64,000 bases of DNA from Bdellovibrionales bacterium (GCA_031426555.1 JANPLN010000009.1:1-64000); one strand, 5' to 3'; positions 9,778 through 19,680 are shown, counted from the first letter of the stretch. Notes: generated by a model from the sequence alone, not told the origin. Translations and numbers: made by a program.

Positions 9778-10818
9778 TTAATCATTGGAAGCTAAAGTGT
9801 AGCAACATAAATTGTATAAAACGCGGCTTCCCACATTGCCATCCCACCCGTCGAGCTCTTCAGGTGCAGGTGGTGACACCTCGCAGAGGTCAAAACCAAC
9901 AATGCGTTTTTTATTGGAATAAATAAAATTAAAGAGTTCGAGAGCTTGATCGTAATCAAGGCCCCCCGGAACTGGGGTTCCTGTGTGCGGGCACAGAGCG
10001 GGATTTAAGCCGTCGATATCAAACGAGAAGTAAACGTTTTGCGTGGGAATTTGTTTGAGCACATCTTCGCAAATGGAAATCCAACTTTCGCCTTTCGCAA
10101 GGCGACGTTTTGTGGCGCGGTCGTAGTAGGTGGTGATGTCTTTTCGCGTTTCGATAAATTCGGCTTCTTCCGGGCAATAGTCGCGAATGCCCAGCTGAAT
10201 TAATTTTTTTGCCAGTCCGTGCTCCATCACATTGCGCATGATAGACGCATGGGAAAATTCGTAACCCTGATAGGATTTACGAAGATCGGCATGGGCGTCC
10301 ACATGGATCACTGTAAAATCGCCTTTGTATTTTTCGGAAATGGCGCGCAGAGCTCCGAAGGGAGACGAGTGATCGCCGCCCACAATGCCCAAAATTTTAT
10401 TTTGCGCCAAAATTTCTTTGCAAGTTTGATAAACGTCGTCGTGAAACTGAGCACCTTGCAGATTGATTTGCTCTTGCATTTGCAAAAAGCCACCGACAAG
10501 TTCACTGCCGCTCTCCAGGTGGTTTTTGATTTTGACGGCCATGGGTTTTAGCTTATCGTTTAAAGCCTTCCACTCAGACTGTTTACTGTTTGACCAAAAC
10601 ATTCCTTTTTCATACGCCCGCCCGGTGTCGGCGTGGGTGACGTCGATCTGTCGACTGCATTCGTAAACGGCGTCCGGCCCCAGGGAGGTGCCGTTTCCGT
10701 AGGACGTGGTGACTTCCCAGGGAATGGGAAGAAGAACAAGCTTTGCGTTTTCGAAGGTAAAAGGTAGACCAAAAATTCCGGCCGATGCGACGCCGGTGGC
10801 GTTGGGATCAAATTTCAT
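9778..10818 (-). CDS. speB: Agmatinase (ureohydrolase)
   Basis: GGDHS, DAHADLR, SHAS, SFDIDGLNP..GTPVPGG. speA lies nearby. Confidence 0.9.
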   Translation of the reverse strand: MKFDPNATGVASAGIFGLPFTFENAKLVLLPIPWEVTTSYGNGTSLGPDAVYECSRQIDVTHADTGRAYEKGMFWSNSKQSEWKALNDKLKPMAVKIKNHLESGSELVGGFLQMQEQINLQGAQFHDDVYQTCKEILAQNKILGIVGGDHSSPFGALRAISEKYKGDFTVIHVDAHADLRKSYQGYEFSHASIMRNVMEHGLAKKLIQLGIRDYCPEEAEFIETRKDITTYYDRATKRRLAKGESWISICEDVLKQIPTQNVYFSFDIDGLNPALCPHTGTPVPGGLDYDQALELFNFIYSNKKRIVGFDLCEVSPPAPEELDGWDGNVGSRVLYNLCCYTLASND

Positions 10819-11399
10819 CGCTGACTCCAATAGTAGTACAATCCAAAAAACAAAAAGATCACGGCTGTGATCACAAGAACAATTCGCTCTAAATACTTAT
10901 CGATATATAATTTTACCGGCTCGCCCCAAATGTAGAGGGGAATGCCGACGGCGAAAAACCGCAAACTTCGTCCCAAGATAGACCCGATGATAAACGTTAA
11001 AAGTGGCGCGTGGGTGGCGCCACCGATAACCGCCATCACTTTAAACGGCATGGGTGTGACCGAGGCGGTAATCAAAGCGGCAATGGCGTTGTTGTTGTAA
11101 ACTTCAACAACATTCTGATACAGCTTTTCGGAAAAAATATAGCGAAAGAAAAATTCCTGACTCCACTCCCAAAAAAAATAACCGATGGCGTAGCCAAGCA
11201 GGCCTCCAGCCACGGAAGAAATTGTATTTAAGAACGCGATCCACAACGAGCGTTTGGTATTTTGGATAGAGATCGCAATTTGTAACGGGTAGGGCGGGAT
11301 CATAAAGAAAGACGCTTCGATGAAAGTAAAAAACATCATAAACTTTATAGCGTGTGGGTGGGAGGCAAACTGTAAAACCCAATTGTAGATCTTGCGCAT
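10815..11399 (-). CDS. YqaA/DedA (VTT domain) membrane protein
   Basis: EASFFMIPP, GGLLGYAIG, TPMPFK, GRSLRFF. Confidence 0.85.
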   Translation of the reverse strand: MRKIYNWVLQFASHPHAIKFMMFFTFIEASFFMIPPYPLQIAISIQNTKRSLWIAFLNTISSVAGGLLGYAIGYFFWEWSQEFFFRYIFSEKLYQNVVEVYNNNAIAALITASVTPMPFKVMAVIGGATHAPLLTFIIGSILGRSLRFFAVGIPLYIWGEPVKLYIDKYLERIVLVITAVIFLFFGLYYYWSQR

Positions 11400-11448
11400 C
11401 CCTCGTTATAGTCTGCACGCTGAACGATGTCAAAACAGGGGAATATTA

Positions 11449-12093
11449 TTAGTGAAACACCAGCCCGAGACTGATCCCCAAGGCATCAAGCACAAAGCTT
11501 TCGTTGTCGATAATGCCGTCCACACGAGTGACTTGATAATCCAGCGCAGGACGAAGTGACATTGTTTTCGAAAAGGGAATGTCCATCCCAATAAGTACCT
11601 TGCCCCCGTAGGAAGGCTTTAAGTTTTTTTGTTCAACTCCAACGGGCGGATTTACAAATTCAATGGACTTGAGACCACCAATAAGATCGATTTCGAAAAT
11701 AGGCTTAATATAAGTATCGTTGTAAGGTTTGATGGAAATTCCAAAAATGAGATCCGCCGACATGAGTGTGGTTGGTATAGCGCTGCCATTATTAATGTAA
11801 CTATTAGCCGCCGAGTACAAAAGCTGTCCACCAAATAAAAAGCGGACGGTGTCTCTGCTTTTAACAGTGGTAATGAGCAGACCCTGTCCAAAACTGCCCA
11901 CCATACTTCCTGTACGTTCGCCGTAGTAAGAATTAAACTGCCCAGCGATGAGGGATTCACGGCGTGCGCCGTTTCTTTGACAGTAGTCCCTGTTGCCATG
12001 CACGTCATAACAAAGTTTATCGGTGTCATCGCTAAACCAGCCGGCATGGGCCGTGGCGGAAAACAGCATAATAAGGTTCAGAATTTGAATCAC
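11449..12093 (-). CDS. Putative small outer membrane beta-barrel protein
   Basis: Signal peptide (..TAHA), alternating beta strands, C-terminal ISLGLVFH. Overlaps the upstream lipoprotein gene by 4 nt. Confidence 0.6.
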   Translation of the reverse strand: MIQILNLIMLFSATAHAGWFSDDTDKLCYDVHGNRDYCQRNGARRESLIAGQFNSYYGERTGSMVGSFGQGLLITTVKSRDTVRFLFGGQLLYSAANSYINNGSAIPTTLMSADLIFGISIKPYNDTYIKPIFEIDLIGGLKSIEFVNPPVGVEQKNLKPSYGGKVLIGMDIPFSKTMSLRPALDYQVTRVDGIIDNESFVLDALGISLGLVFH

Positions 12094-13013
12094 GGAATCA
12101 CCAGAATGTTTTCGGGTGTACTCAATAAACCTGATCCAAAAGTGCCAACGAACGCTCCGGCCGTCGTGATTTCGACAACAAGATTAAAGACTCGATCAAC
12201 AACAAGAAGATTGCCACCATTAGAGCGTTGGGCAATGCCTCCAGGCGCACCCAAGAAAGCGGTGTTGCTGTAGCTGGCAACTGGCGCAAGGCTGGAATTG
12301 TAAATCGAAACGGTGTCGGTTGTGCCAGACCAGGTCGTGGCAATGCTTCCATCAAACATCGTAAAGCAGTCCATGGCATCAGTCGTTGCAGCAATTCCTG
12401 AAGAGCGGGTCGCAACTTGTACGCCAGCATTCGTATACGTGCGAACCACGTCGGTGGTCGTTGAACAGTGAACAAATCCACCATTTGAAAGAGCAGACAA
12501 TCCGGTGGCTAAAGTTTGTGCGGCCAGAGGCCAGCCCGATGTAACACGGTTTCCGTTGCTTCCGAAGCGTTCGATATTACTGGTTTCGCTAATGAGAATA
12601 TCTCCATTTGTAAGTTGTGTAATTCCTCGCACGGTACCAGTGAGATTCGCTTCGATAATTATATTTCGCGTTGTACAATCGGTGGGGTTGAGAGCAACAA
12701 CGCGATCGACGCCATCGACTACAATCAAAATTTCGCCTGTGACTGAGGACCAACTGATTCCATACAAACTCTCTGTGGCACTCAACACGAAGAATGGAGT
12801 CGATTTGTAGGTGCCATCCGAATTAAAAACGACAAGTGCATCACTACCGCTATTGGTGACAACGATGTCGCCGGACTCGATACAGATTTCGTCTTCGGAA
12901 TCGGCGGTTGTGGAGTCGTCAACATCCTCTGGGCTGCAGCTAACCAAGCAAACAGAAAAGATCGCAACTCCGAAAGCCAAACATAACAAGTTGAATTTAC
13001 TTCGTATCATCAT
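12090..13013 (-). CDS. Lipoprotein with NHL/beta-propeller-like repeats
   Basis: Lipobox LVSC, acidic linker, repeated blades (GDIVVT..LVVFNSDG, GEILIV..RVVAL, GDILIS..IERFGSNG, GNLLVVD..VVEITTAG). Confidence 0.7.
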   Translation of the reverse strand: MMIRSKFNLLCLAFGVAIFSVCLVSCSPEDVDDSTTADSEDEICIESGDIVVTNSGSDALVVFNSDGTYKSTPFFVLSATESLYGISWSSVTGEILIVVDGVDRVVALNPTDCTTRNIIIEANLTGTVRGITQLTNGDILISETSNIERFGSNGNRVTSGWPLAAQTLATGLSALSNGGFVHCSTTTDVVRTYTNAGVQVATRSSGIAATTDAMDCFTMFDGSIATTWSGTTDTVSIYNSSLAPVASYSNTAFLGAPGGIAQRSNGGNLLVVDRVFNLVVEITTAGAFVGTFGSGLLSTPENILVIP

Positions 13014-13019
13014 GCACTT

Positions 13020-13046
13020 TTATCGGGGTTTCTCTCGATTTTTTTA
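13020..13046 (-). promoter_or_regulatory. Putative sigma28 (FliA) promoter
   Basis: TAAA-N15-CCCGATAA, ending 6 nt before the ATG at 13013. Confidence 0.65.
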
Positions 13047-13172
13047 ATAGATTTGTAGGCATTTCTTGCGACTCTGCCTACGATATTGGCCCAACGTCAG
13101 AGGGACGTGGGTCGAGGCCGGCTCAAATAAAAAGAATTCGGGAGACTTTTTGGTGCCGTCTCTCGAAAAACA

Positions 13173-13637
13173 TTATTGTACGCAGTTACCGGCGGGATCT
13201 TCTAATGTTGCTGGTGCTACTGGTGTTACTGCTGGCTTTAGAAGCGCTAAACATCGATAAAAGGAACTTGTAGAATTAGAGACACGCGCACATTGGTTAA
13301 TCTCATTTTCAGAAAGACGGTTGTCGTGAGAATATTTAACACAGTCAATTTCTAGTTTGTCTGCGTTGAGAGCAGACGCACATGCATTGATGACAGCCGT
13401 GGAAGCGTTTAAAGTCCCTAAGTTCGCCAAGCAATAAAAATTGGACGAGTCGTCGCTGGTGAGGTTGTCACACATACTGATCAAAGAAACACTCAACCCG
13501 TGATCCTGAGCATACTTGAAGCACGCAAACTCGTTTTGGTTTCCGTAGAATGCGTTTGCACACGCGTTTAGCAATTCGTTTGCATGAGCGGACGACGAAA
13601 TGAACACAGCCATCGATAATATGATTGATTTAAACAT
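13173..13637 (-). CDS. Small secreted protein with four C-x12-C repeats
   Basis: RBS AAGGAG, signal peptide (..SAHA), four repeated Cys pairs. Confidence 0.75.
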   Translation of the reverse strand: MFKSIILSMAVFISSSAHANELLNACANAFYGNQNEFACFKYAQDHGLSVSLISMCDNLTSDDSSNFYCLANLGTLNASTAVINACASALNADKLEIDCVKYSHDNRLSENEINQCARVSNSTSSFYRCLALLKPAVTPVAPATLEDPAGNCVQ

Positions 13638-13675
13638 TTTAATTCTCCTTGGTTAAACTGGTTAGTGCTTTACAA

Positions 13676-13691
13676 AGCAAGCCAGATACCA
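13676..13691 (-). promoter_or_regulatory. Putative sigma54 promoter
   Basis: TGGTATctggcTTGCT (GG-N10-GC), ~40 nt upstream of the ATG at 13637. Confidence 0.55.
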
Positions 13692-13915
13692 CTCAAAGGA
13701 CGCTCTAAATCGTTTTAAGTTATCAATCTACATTTAGAGGTTTTGAAAAGGCGCCATATGGCTAACAAGTGTCAACAGATTAGCCAGTAGCAATGCTTGT
13801 CATACGATCGATGATTCGAGCTTTCATTGAGCGCCGGAAATGATGCATGCGTGCTACCGCTACGGAAGTGAAGTTGATTTTTACACATCGCCGCCGGCAA
13901 AGGTACTTGGTACCT

Positions 13916-15874
13916 TTACGCGCCGAAGATATGATCTGGTTCTTCGAGGTAGGTGTAGCCAGAGAGTCCCTCTTGATACAACTGAATCAGCATCTTGGCT
14001 TCTTGCTTCGACATCGTGTTGTTGACGATACTGCTCTCGCTGGCTTTGCGGATGCGGTTGATCAACTCTTCGCGGTTGTACTGAACATAGCTCAACACTT
14101 CGGCCACGGTGTCGCCTTCGACCACATGCTCAATCTGGTAACCATCCTGCGAAATGGAAACGTGAACCGCATCGGTGTCGCCGAACAGGTTATGCAAATC
14201 GCCCAAGATTTCTTGGTATGCGCCAACAAGGAACGCACCCATGTAGTAAGGAGCATCGGGCTTGAGCTCATGGACAGGAAGAGTCGTTTTAGGCACGCCG
14301 TCTTCCAAACATAAGTACTTGGCAATCTTGCCATCAGAATCGCAGGTTAGATCCACAAGCATGGTTTGCTTGTTGGGAGTTTCGGTGTGGCGATGAATGG
14401 GCATCACAGGAAAAATTTGATCCACAGCCCAGGAGTCGGGAAGGGATTGAAACACTGAGAAGTTACAGAAATACGTATCCGAAAGAACCTCTGTGAGATG
14501 GCTTTTTATTTCTTCGTGATCCACATCGTTCTCTACAAGTTTTGCCATCTTTGTGGAGATGGACCAGAATAGCGTTTCCACCGTGGCTTTTTCGGCCAGC
14601 GATAAAAGACCAAAGGTGAAAAGCTGAAGCGTGTTGTCTTTGAGATCGTTTAAATCGTTGTAGTTTTCGCGAAGATTGCTGATCGTGAGGTTATTATAAA
14701 TATCGCGCAGCTCGTGCACAACTTTGTGATCAGTTTCTTTCACCTCAGGGATCGGGCCTGGCTGGGCCACTTTGTTGAGGCCGAGAACATCAAAAACCAG
14801 GACAGAATGGTGGGCCACTGTGGCGCGACCCGATTCTGTAACGATGGTTGGCATCGGAGCGTTTTTCTCTTCGCAAATAGATTGAACAAGGGAGATCACA
14901 TCGTTGGCATACTCTTGCTCGGTGTAGTTCACCGAAGAGTCAGAAAGACCTGTTCCATCGTAATCAATTCCGAGGCCACCGCCCACATCGAGATAGCTTG
15001 GGTAAGCGCCCATTTTATGAAGTTCCGCATAGATCTGTACACCCTCTTTAAGGGCGTTTTTAATTTGCTTGATGGATGGGATTTGCGAGCCCACATGGAA
15101 GTGCACCAAATCCAAACAATTCAACATGTCTTCTTTTTTGAGGGTTTCGAACGCCGTGAAAATTTCGGACGTTGTTAAACCAAATTTGGAGCGATCGCCG
15201 CCAGAGTCAATCCAGCGGCCCGAGCCTTTGGATTGAAGTTTTGCACGGAGACCAATTTTAGGACGTGTGTTGAACTTGCGAGCCGCCCGCATGATCAACG
15301 TGAGTTCCTCGAGGCGCTCCACAACGATAATGGTATTGCGGCCCAGTTTTCGCGAAAGTATAGCGGTTTCGATGTACTCGGCGTCTTTAAATCCGTTACA
15401 AATTACAATGGATTTTGGGTTGTTGAGCATGGCGAGAACCACGAGAAGCTCGGGCTTACTGCCGCACTCAAGGCCCAGAGAGTGGGTCTCACCAAAGCGA
15501 ATGATTTCTTCGACGAGGTGTCGCTGCTGGTTCACCTTGATGGGGTAAACGCCTTGATAACGGCCCTTGTAGTTGTAATCGTTGATGGCTTTGGCAAAAC
15601 ATTCGTTTAAAAGTTTAATGCGCTCTTTGGTGATATCGGGAAAACGCAGTAGCATGGGCGAACGAATTCCGCGCTCTTTGAGATCGTTCGTAAGTTCCAT
15701 CAAATCCACTTTTGGACCGTTTTCGCCGCGCGGGCAAATAATCACGTTGCCGCGTTCGTTGATATCAAAGTACCCACGACCCCAAGTTTCGATGCCGTAC
15801 AGCTCTTTTGATTTTTTAGGAGTCCATGGGGTTGCGGACGTCGGTGTTGAGGGCGTCGGTATTTGAGTGGTCAT
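13916..15874 (-). CDS. speA: Biosynthetic arginine decarboxylase
   Basis: YPIKVNQ (PLP Lys), GSKPEL, HFHVGSQI, DVGGGLG, NFSVFQSLPDSWA, DLTCDSDG, GAYQEILGDLHNLFG. Likely start MTTQI. Confidence 0.95.
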   Translation of the reverse strand: MTTQIPTPSTPTSATPWTPKKSKELYGIETWGRGYFDINERGNVIICPRGENGPKVDLMELTNDLKERGIRSPMLLRFPDITKERIKLLNECFAKAINDYNYKGRYQGVYPIKVNQQRHLVEEIIRFGETHSLGLECGSKPELLVVLAMLNNPKSIVICNGFKDAEYIETAILSRKLGRNTIIVVERLEELTLIMRAARKFNTRPKIGLRAKLQSKGSGRWIDSGGDRSKFGLTTSEIFTAFETLKKEDMLNCLDLVHFHVGSQIPSIKQIKNALKEGVQIYAELHKMGAYPSYLDVGGGLGIDYDGTGLSDSSVNYTEQEYANDVISLVQSICEEKNAPMPTIVTESGRATVAHHSVLVFDVLGLNKVAQPGPIPEVKETDHKVVHELRDIYNNLTISNLRENYNDLNDLKDNTLQLFTFGLLSLAEKATVETLFWSISTKMAKLVENDVDHEEIKSHLTEVLSDTYFCNFSVFQSLPDSWAVDQIFPVMPIHRHTETPNKQTMLVDLTCDSDGKIAKYLCLEDGVPKTTLPVHELKPDAPYYMGAFLVGAYQEILGDLHNLFGDTDAVHVSISQDGYQIEHVVEGDTVAEVLSYVQYNREELINRIRKASESSIVNNTMSKQEAKMLIQLYQEGLSGYTYLEEPDHIFGA

Positions 15875-15899
15875 CGTGTTATCCGCGTTTGTTGTGTTA

Positions 15900-18284
15900 T
15901 CACCTTGCGATGATGTTGAGAATTTTTCCTGGTACATAAATAACTTTCCCCACCCCTAAGTTGCCAATTGCATTTTTAACCGCTTCGATCTCCAGAGCCT
16001 TAACCATAACTGAGTCTTGGCTTTCGTCTACCTGGATTTCAATCGCGCCGCGTTTTTTTCCGTTAACCTGAATTCCAATACTGACAGTGTTATCAATAGT
16101 CAAATGAGAATTGTAGGTCGGCCATGTCGACAGAGAAGCGAGGCCGGTTTCGCCGATTTTTTCCCACAAATCTTCGGCGATATGGGGCGCAAAGGGAGCC
16201 AGAAGACTGAGTAGAGGCCTTAGCACCTTTCGCGAGTGGGAGCCGTGCTTATAAATTTCGTTCACCAGAATCATCAGCGAGCTGATGGCTGTGTTGAAGT
16301 TTAAGCTCTCAATATCCTCGCCGATTTTTTTGATCGTTTTGTGGAGTGCGCGTTCGAGCTCTTCGGGAAGGGCCTCGTCTGTCAGCAAGGATTTTTGATT
16401 TTCGTCCACACACAATCGCCACACGCGTTCTAAGAACTTGCGCACGCCGATGATACCCGTGGAGCTCCAAGGTTTATCGCGGTCGAGAGGTCCCAAGAAC
16501 AAAATAAAGCAGCGCAGAGCATCTGCGCCATACTCTTCGCGCACGTCATCAGGGTTGATCACGTTGCCGCGGGATTTTGACATTTTTTCGCCGTCGGTGC
16601 CGAGAATCATTCCTTGGTGGGCGAGTTTTTGAAAGGGCTCCGGGTGGCTCACGAGGCCCGCATCGAACAGCACCTTGTGCCAAAAGCGCGAGTAAAGCAA
16701 ATGCCCTACAGTATGTTCGGGGCCGCCCATGTAAAGATCTACAGGCATCCAGTATTTTTGTTTTTCAAAATCAGCCAAAGCAGTTTCATTGTGGGGATCA
16801 GTGTAACGCAAAAAGTACCACGAGGAGCCCGCAGACCCCGGCATGGTGTCGGTTTCGCGCCTGCCGCTTGGAGTGTTTACCCAACTTTGATTTCGCGAAA
16901 GGGGCGCTTGGCCGTCCTCGGAAGGTTCGTAATTAGGAACAGACGGGAGCATCACGGGGAGCTCGGCTTGGGCCACTGTTTTGGGTTGGTCAGTGGCATC
17001 AAATAAAATGGGAAACGGCTCACCCCAGTAGCGTTGGCGACTAAAAAGCCAATCGCGAAGTTTGTACTGGAAGGTTTTTTTGCCCACTTTTTTCTCTTCG
17101 AGGTAGGCAATTGTTTTTTGAATGGCCGCTTCTTTACCGAAACCATTTAAGAATTCAGAATTGACTAATTTGCCATCGCCCTCGAAGGGAAGAGCCTCTT
17201 CGTTTTCGAGCACGCGCACAATGGGCAGCGAAAACGTTTGGGCAAATTCAAAATCGCGAACATCGTGCCCCGGCACGGCCATGATGGCGCCCGTTCCGTA
17301 ATCCATCAGCACATAATCCGACGTCCAAATGGGAACTTCTTTACCGGTGAGCGGGTGGAGAGTAAAGGCCCCGGTAAAAACTCCGGTTTTTTCGGTATTG
17401 GCTTTGCGATCCTTTTCGGACTTGCTGGCGGCAAGCTCGATGTATTTTTCGACGGCTGGCTTTTGCGCCGTGGGAGTGATTCGCAGAGTGAGCGGGTGCT
17501 CGGGGGAAATCACGCAGAAGGTGACTCCAAAAAGCGTATCGGGCCGAGTTGTGAACACGCTCAACGACTCGGAGTGATCCTTGATTTTAAAATCCACGTA
17601 GGCGCCGGTGGATTTTCCAATCCAATTTTTTTGCCCTTCGCGGGTGCGCTCGGGCCAATCAATGGTGTCGAGGTCGCTGAGAAGGCGATCGGCGTAGTCG
17701 GTGATTTTAAGCATCCACTGCTTCATGGGTTTACGAATCACCGGATGGCCGCCGCGCTCGCTCTTGCCGTCGATCACTTCTTCGTTGGCCAGAACTGTTT
17801 TAAGCGCTGGACACCAATTGACGGGGGCTTCTTTTTGGTAAGCCAACCCGCGCTCAAAAAGAATTTTAAAAATCGACTGTGTCCATTTGTAAAACGACGA
17901 ATCGCAGGTGGAGATCTCGCGCGACCAGTCGAAACTAAAACCAAAACTTTTTAGCTGGCGACGAAAGTTTTCGATGGCTGTCTGAGTTGTTTTTTCGGGG
18001 TGAACCCCAGTTTGAATGGCGTACTGCTCAGCTGGCAAACCGAAGGCGTCGTAGCCGATGGGGTGCAAAACGTTGAACCCCTTTTGCCGTTTGTAACGAG
18101 CCACAACGTCGTTGGGTGTGAGCGCGGCCATGTGCCCCACGTGCAACCCGGCGCCGGAAGGATAGGGAAACATATCAAGGGCATAAAATTTAGGTTTTGG
18201 AGAAAAATCGATGGCCTTAAAAGCCTCGTGCTCTTCCCATTTTTTTTGCCACTTAGAATCAATCACGTTGTGTGGATACGACAT
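15900..18284 (-). CDS. leuS: Leucine--tRNA ligase
   Basis: MFPYPSGAGLHVGH, FTTRPDTLFG, RDWLFSRQRYWG, KMSKS. Confidence 0.97.
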   Translation of the reverse strand: MSYPHNVIDSKWQKKWEEHEAFKAIDFSPKPKFYALDMFPYPSGAGLHVGHMAALTPNDVVARYKRQKGFNVLHPIGYDAFGLPAEQYAIQTGVHPEKTTQTAIENFRRQLKSFGFSFDWSREISTCDSSFYKWTQSIFKILFERGLAYQKEAPVNWCPALKTVLANEEVIDGKSERGGHPVIRKPMKQWMLKITDYADRLLSDLDTIDWPERTREGQKNWIGKSTGAYVDFKIKDHSESLSVFTTRPDTLFGVTFCVISPEHPLTLRITPTAQKPAVEKYIELAASKSEKDRKANTEKTGVFTGAFTLHPLTGKEVPIWTSDYVLMDYGTGAIMAVPGHDVRDFEFAQTFSLPIVRVLENEEALPFEGDGKLVNSEFLNGFGKEAAIQKTIAYLEEKKVGKKTFQYKLRDWLFSRQRYWGEPFPILFDATDQPKTVAQAELPVMLPSVPNYEPSEDGQAPLSRNQSWVNTPSGRRETDTMPGSAGSSWYFLRYTDPHNETALADFEKQKYWMPVDLYMGGPEHTVGHLLYSRFWHKVLFDAGLVSHPEPFQKLAHQGMILGTDGEKMSKSRGNVINPDDVREEYGADALRCFILFLGPLDRDKPWSSTGIIGVRKFLERVWRLCVDENQKSLLTDEALPEELERALHKTIKKIGEDIESLNFNTAISSLMILVNEIYKHGSHSRKVLRPLLSLLAPFAPHIAEDLWEKIGETGLASLSTWPTYNSHLTIDNTVSIGIQVNGKKRGAIEIQVDESQDSVMVKALEIEAVKNAIGNLGVGKVIYVPGKILNIIAR

Positions 18285-18534
18285 GGATTTGGTATAACAA
18301 CCCGGTGTGGCTGAGTCATGGAAAAACATGCCAGGTTCGAAGCATTTTGCAGAAATTTTTTCTGTAAAATGCTTCAAATTGAATCGTTGTGTCTGAATAA
18401 AGCGGCGAAGCGGTCGGGGCGTGGTAATCTGAGAAAAGCAGGCCAGTCCGTCTGGCCTTGGGGGCTGTTCACTATGAGACTGTTCAATTTGGGACTAAGT
18501 TCGAGTCTGTGGTCTAGTATCGATGCGCCTATCT

Positions 18535-18561
18535 TCAAAAATTCAGGTGAAAAACCGATAG
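18535..18561 (+). promoter_or_regulatory. Putative sigma28 promoter of the diguanylate cyclase
   Basis: TCAA-N15-ACCGATAG, ending 8 nt before ATG 18570. Confidence 0.5.
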
Positions 18562-18569
18562 AATCTTTA

Positions 18570-19526
18570 ATGAATAATAAAGTTTTGTTGATTGATGATG
18601 ACAGAGACAACCTCAAGCTTGTCACGCGGCTTTTAGAACACGAGCAGTTGCTGGTGAAACAAGCCAGATCAGGCGTTGAAGGTTTGCAAATGCTCTCGGA
18701 CTACCGACCGGATCTCGTCATTCTTGACATCAACATGCAAGGTCTCAATGGCTTCCAGACCCTCAAGCTCATTCGCCAACGCAACGAGCAAGTATCGGTT
18801 ATGTTTTTGACTAGCAATCGCGACACCGAAGACATCATCCGCGGCCTCGAAGCCGGTGCTTTGGATTATATTTGCAAACCCTTTCAACCTCTTGAGCTCA
18901 TCGCTCGGGTGAAAAGCCAGCTCAAGTTCAAAGGCATCCAAGACGATCTGCGCATCGCCAACGAAAAGCTGCAAAACCTTGTGGATATTGATGATTTAAC
19001 CGGCTTGTACAATATGCGGTCGGTGTACGAAAGACTCAATCAAGAAATCGACAGAGCCCGTCGCTACAAACATAGCATCGCCGTTTTTATGATGGATATG
19101 GACGACTTCAAACGCGTCAACGATAATCACGATCACCTCTTTGGCAGTTATGTTCTCTCCGAAGTGGGAAAACTCATTAAAGCCAATATTCGATCTGTTG
19201 ATTTTGCCGCTCGCTATGGAGGCGATGAATTTTTGATTTGCCTCACGCAAACGCAGCCCGTGGGAGCCGTGCGCTTTGCCGATCGTTTGCGCAAAAAAAT
19301 CGACGAACACGAGTTTGTTAATGGCCCCGATCGAATCAATTTGTCTGCCAGTTTTGGTGCGGCTATTATGGAAAATGGAAAAAGCCAATTGGATGCACAT
19401 TCTATTGTTCGCTTAGCTGATGCGAAACTTTACGAAGCCAAGGCTGAGGGTAAAAATCGTGTCATCAGTGCTATGGTCAACGACGAGACGGAATTTGATA
19501 TCCGTCGGCTGCGCAAAGCTAGCTAA
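18570..19526 (+). CDS. Response regulator diguanylate cyclase (REC-GGDEF)
   Basis: REC: VLLIDDD, PDLVILDINM, DYICKPF. GGDEF: DDLTGLYN, FKRVND, I-site RSVD, ARYGGDEF. Confidence 0.93.
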   Translation: MNNKVLLIDDDRDNLKLVTRLLEHEQLLVKQARSGVEGLQMLSDYRPDLVILDINMQGLNGFQTLKLIRQRNEQVSVMFLTSNRDTEDIIRGLEAGALDYICKPFQPLELIARVKSQLKFKGIQDDLRIANEKLQNLVDIDDLTGLYNMRSVYERLNQEIDRARRYKHSIAVFMMDMDDFKRVNDNHDHLFGSYVLSEVGKLIKANIRSVDFAARYGGDEFLICLTQTQPVGAVRFADRLRKKIDEHEFVNGPDRINLSASFGAAIMENGKSQLDAHSIVRLADAKLYEAKAEGKNRVISAMVNDETEFDIRRLRKAS

Positions 19527-19537
19527 ACAATCCTACG

Positions 19538-19680
19538 GAATAATACTTTTGAGATTTCCCAATTTTTAAAACCTCCTTTTTAAGACACGTACATCCATGT
19601 ACTCAGTTGACACCCCATCCGGGTCGCAAAGGTCTTAAAAAGGAGGTTTTAAAAATTGGGAAATCTCAAAAGCATTATTC
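19538..19680. repeat. 49-bp near-perfect inverted repeat enclosing a 45-nt core with two small hairpins (MITE/REP-like or sRNA)
   Basis: 19538-19586 is the reverse complement of 19632-19680 with one mismatch. Confidence 0.9.

Noticed and set aside
13847..17954. Long antisense ORFs (e.g. 13847-14314, 14714-15178, 17238-17954)
   Set aside because: They are shadow frames opposite speA and leuS with no recognisable motifs. The same applies to the many short antisense ORFs elsewhere.
18318..18569. N-terminal extensions given by the ORF track (DGC from 18318, leuS to 18377, dksA from 3677, TolC to 8563)
   Set aside because: They overlap divergent or upstream genes and promoter motifs. The recognisable domains begin at the downstream starts used here.
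19538..19680. Simple intrinsic terminator or CRISPR repeat
   Set aside because: The arms are far longer than a terminator stem and lack a following U-tract. The repeats are inverted, not direct, and have no spacers.
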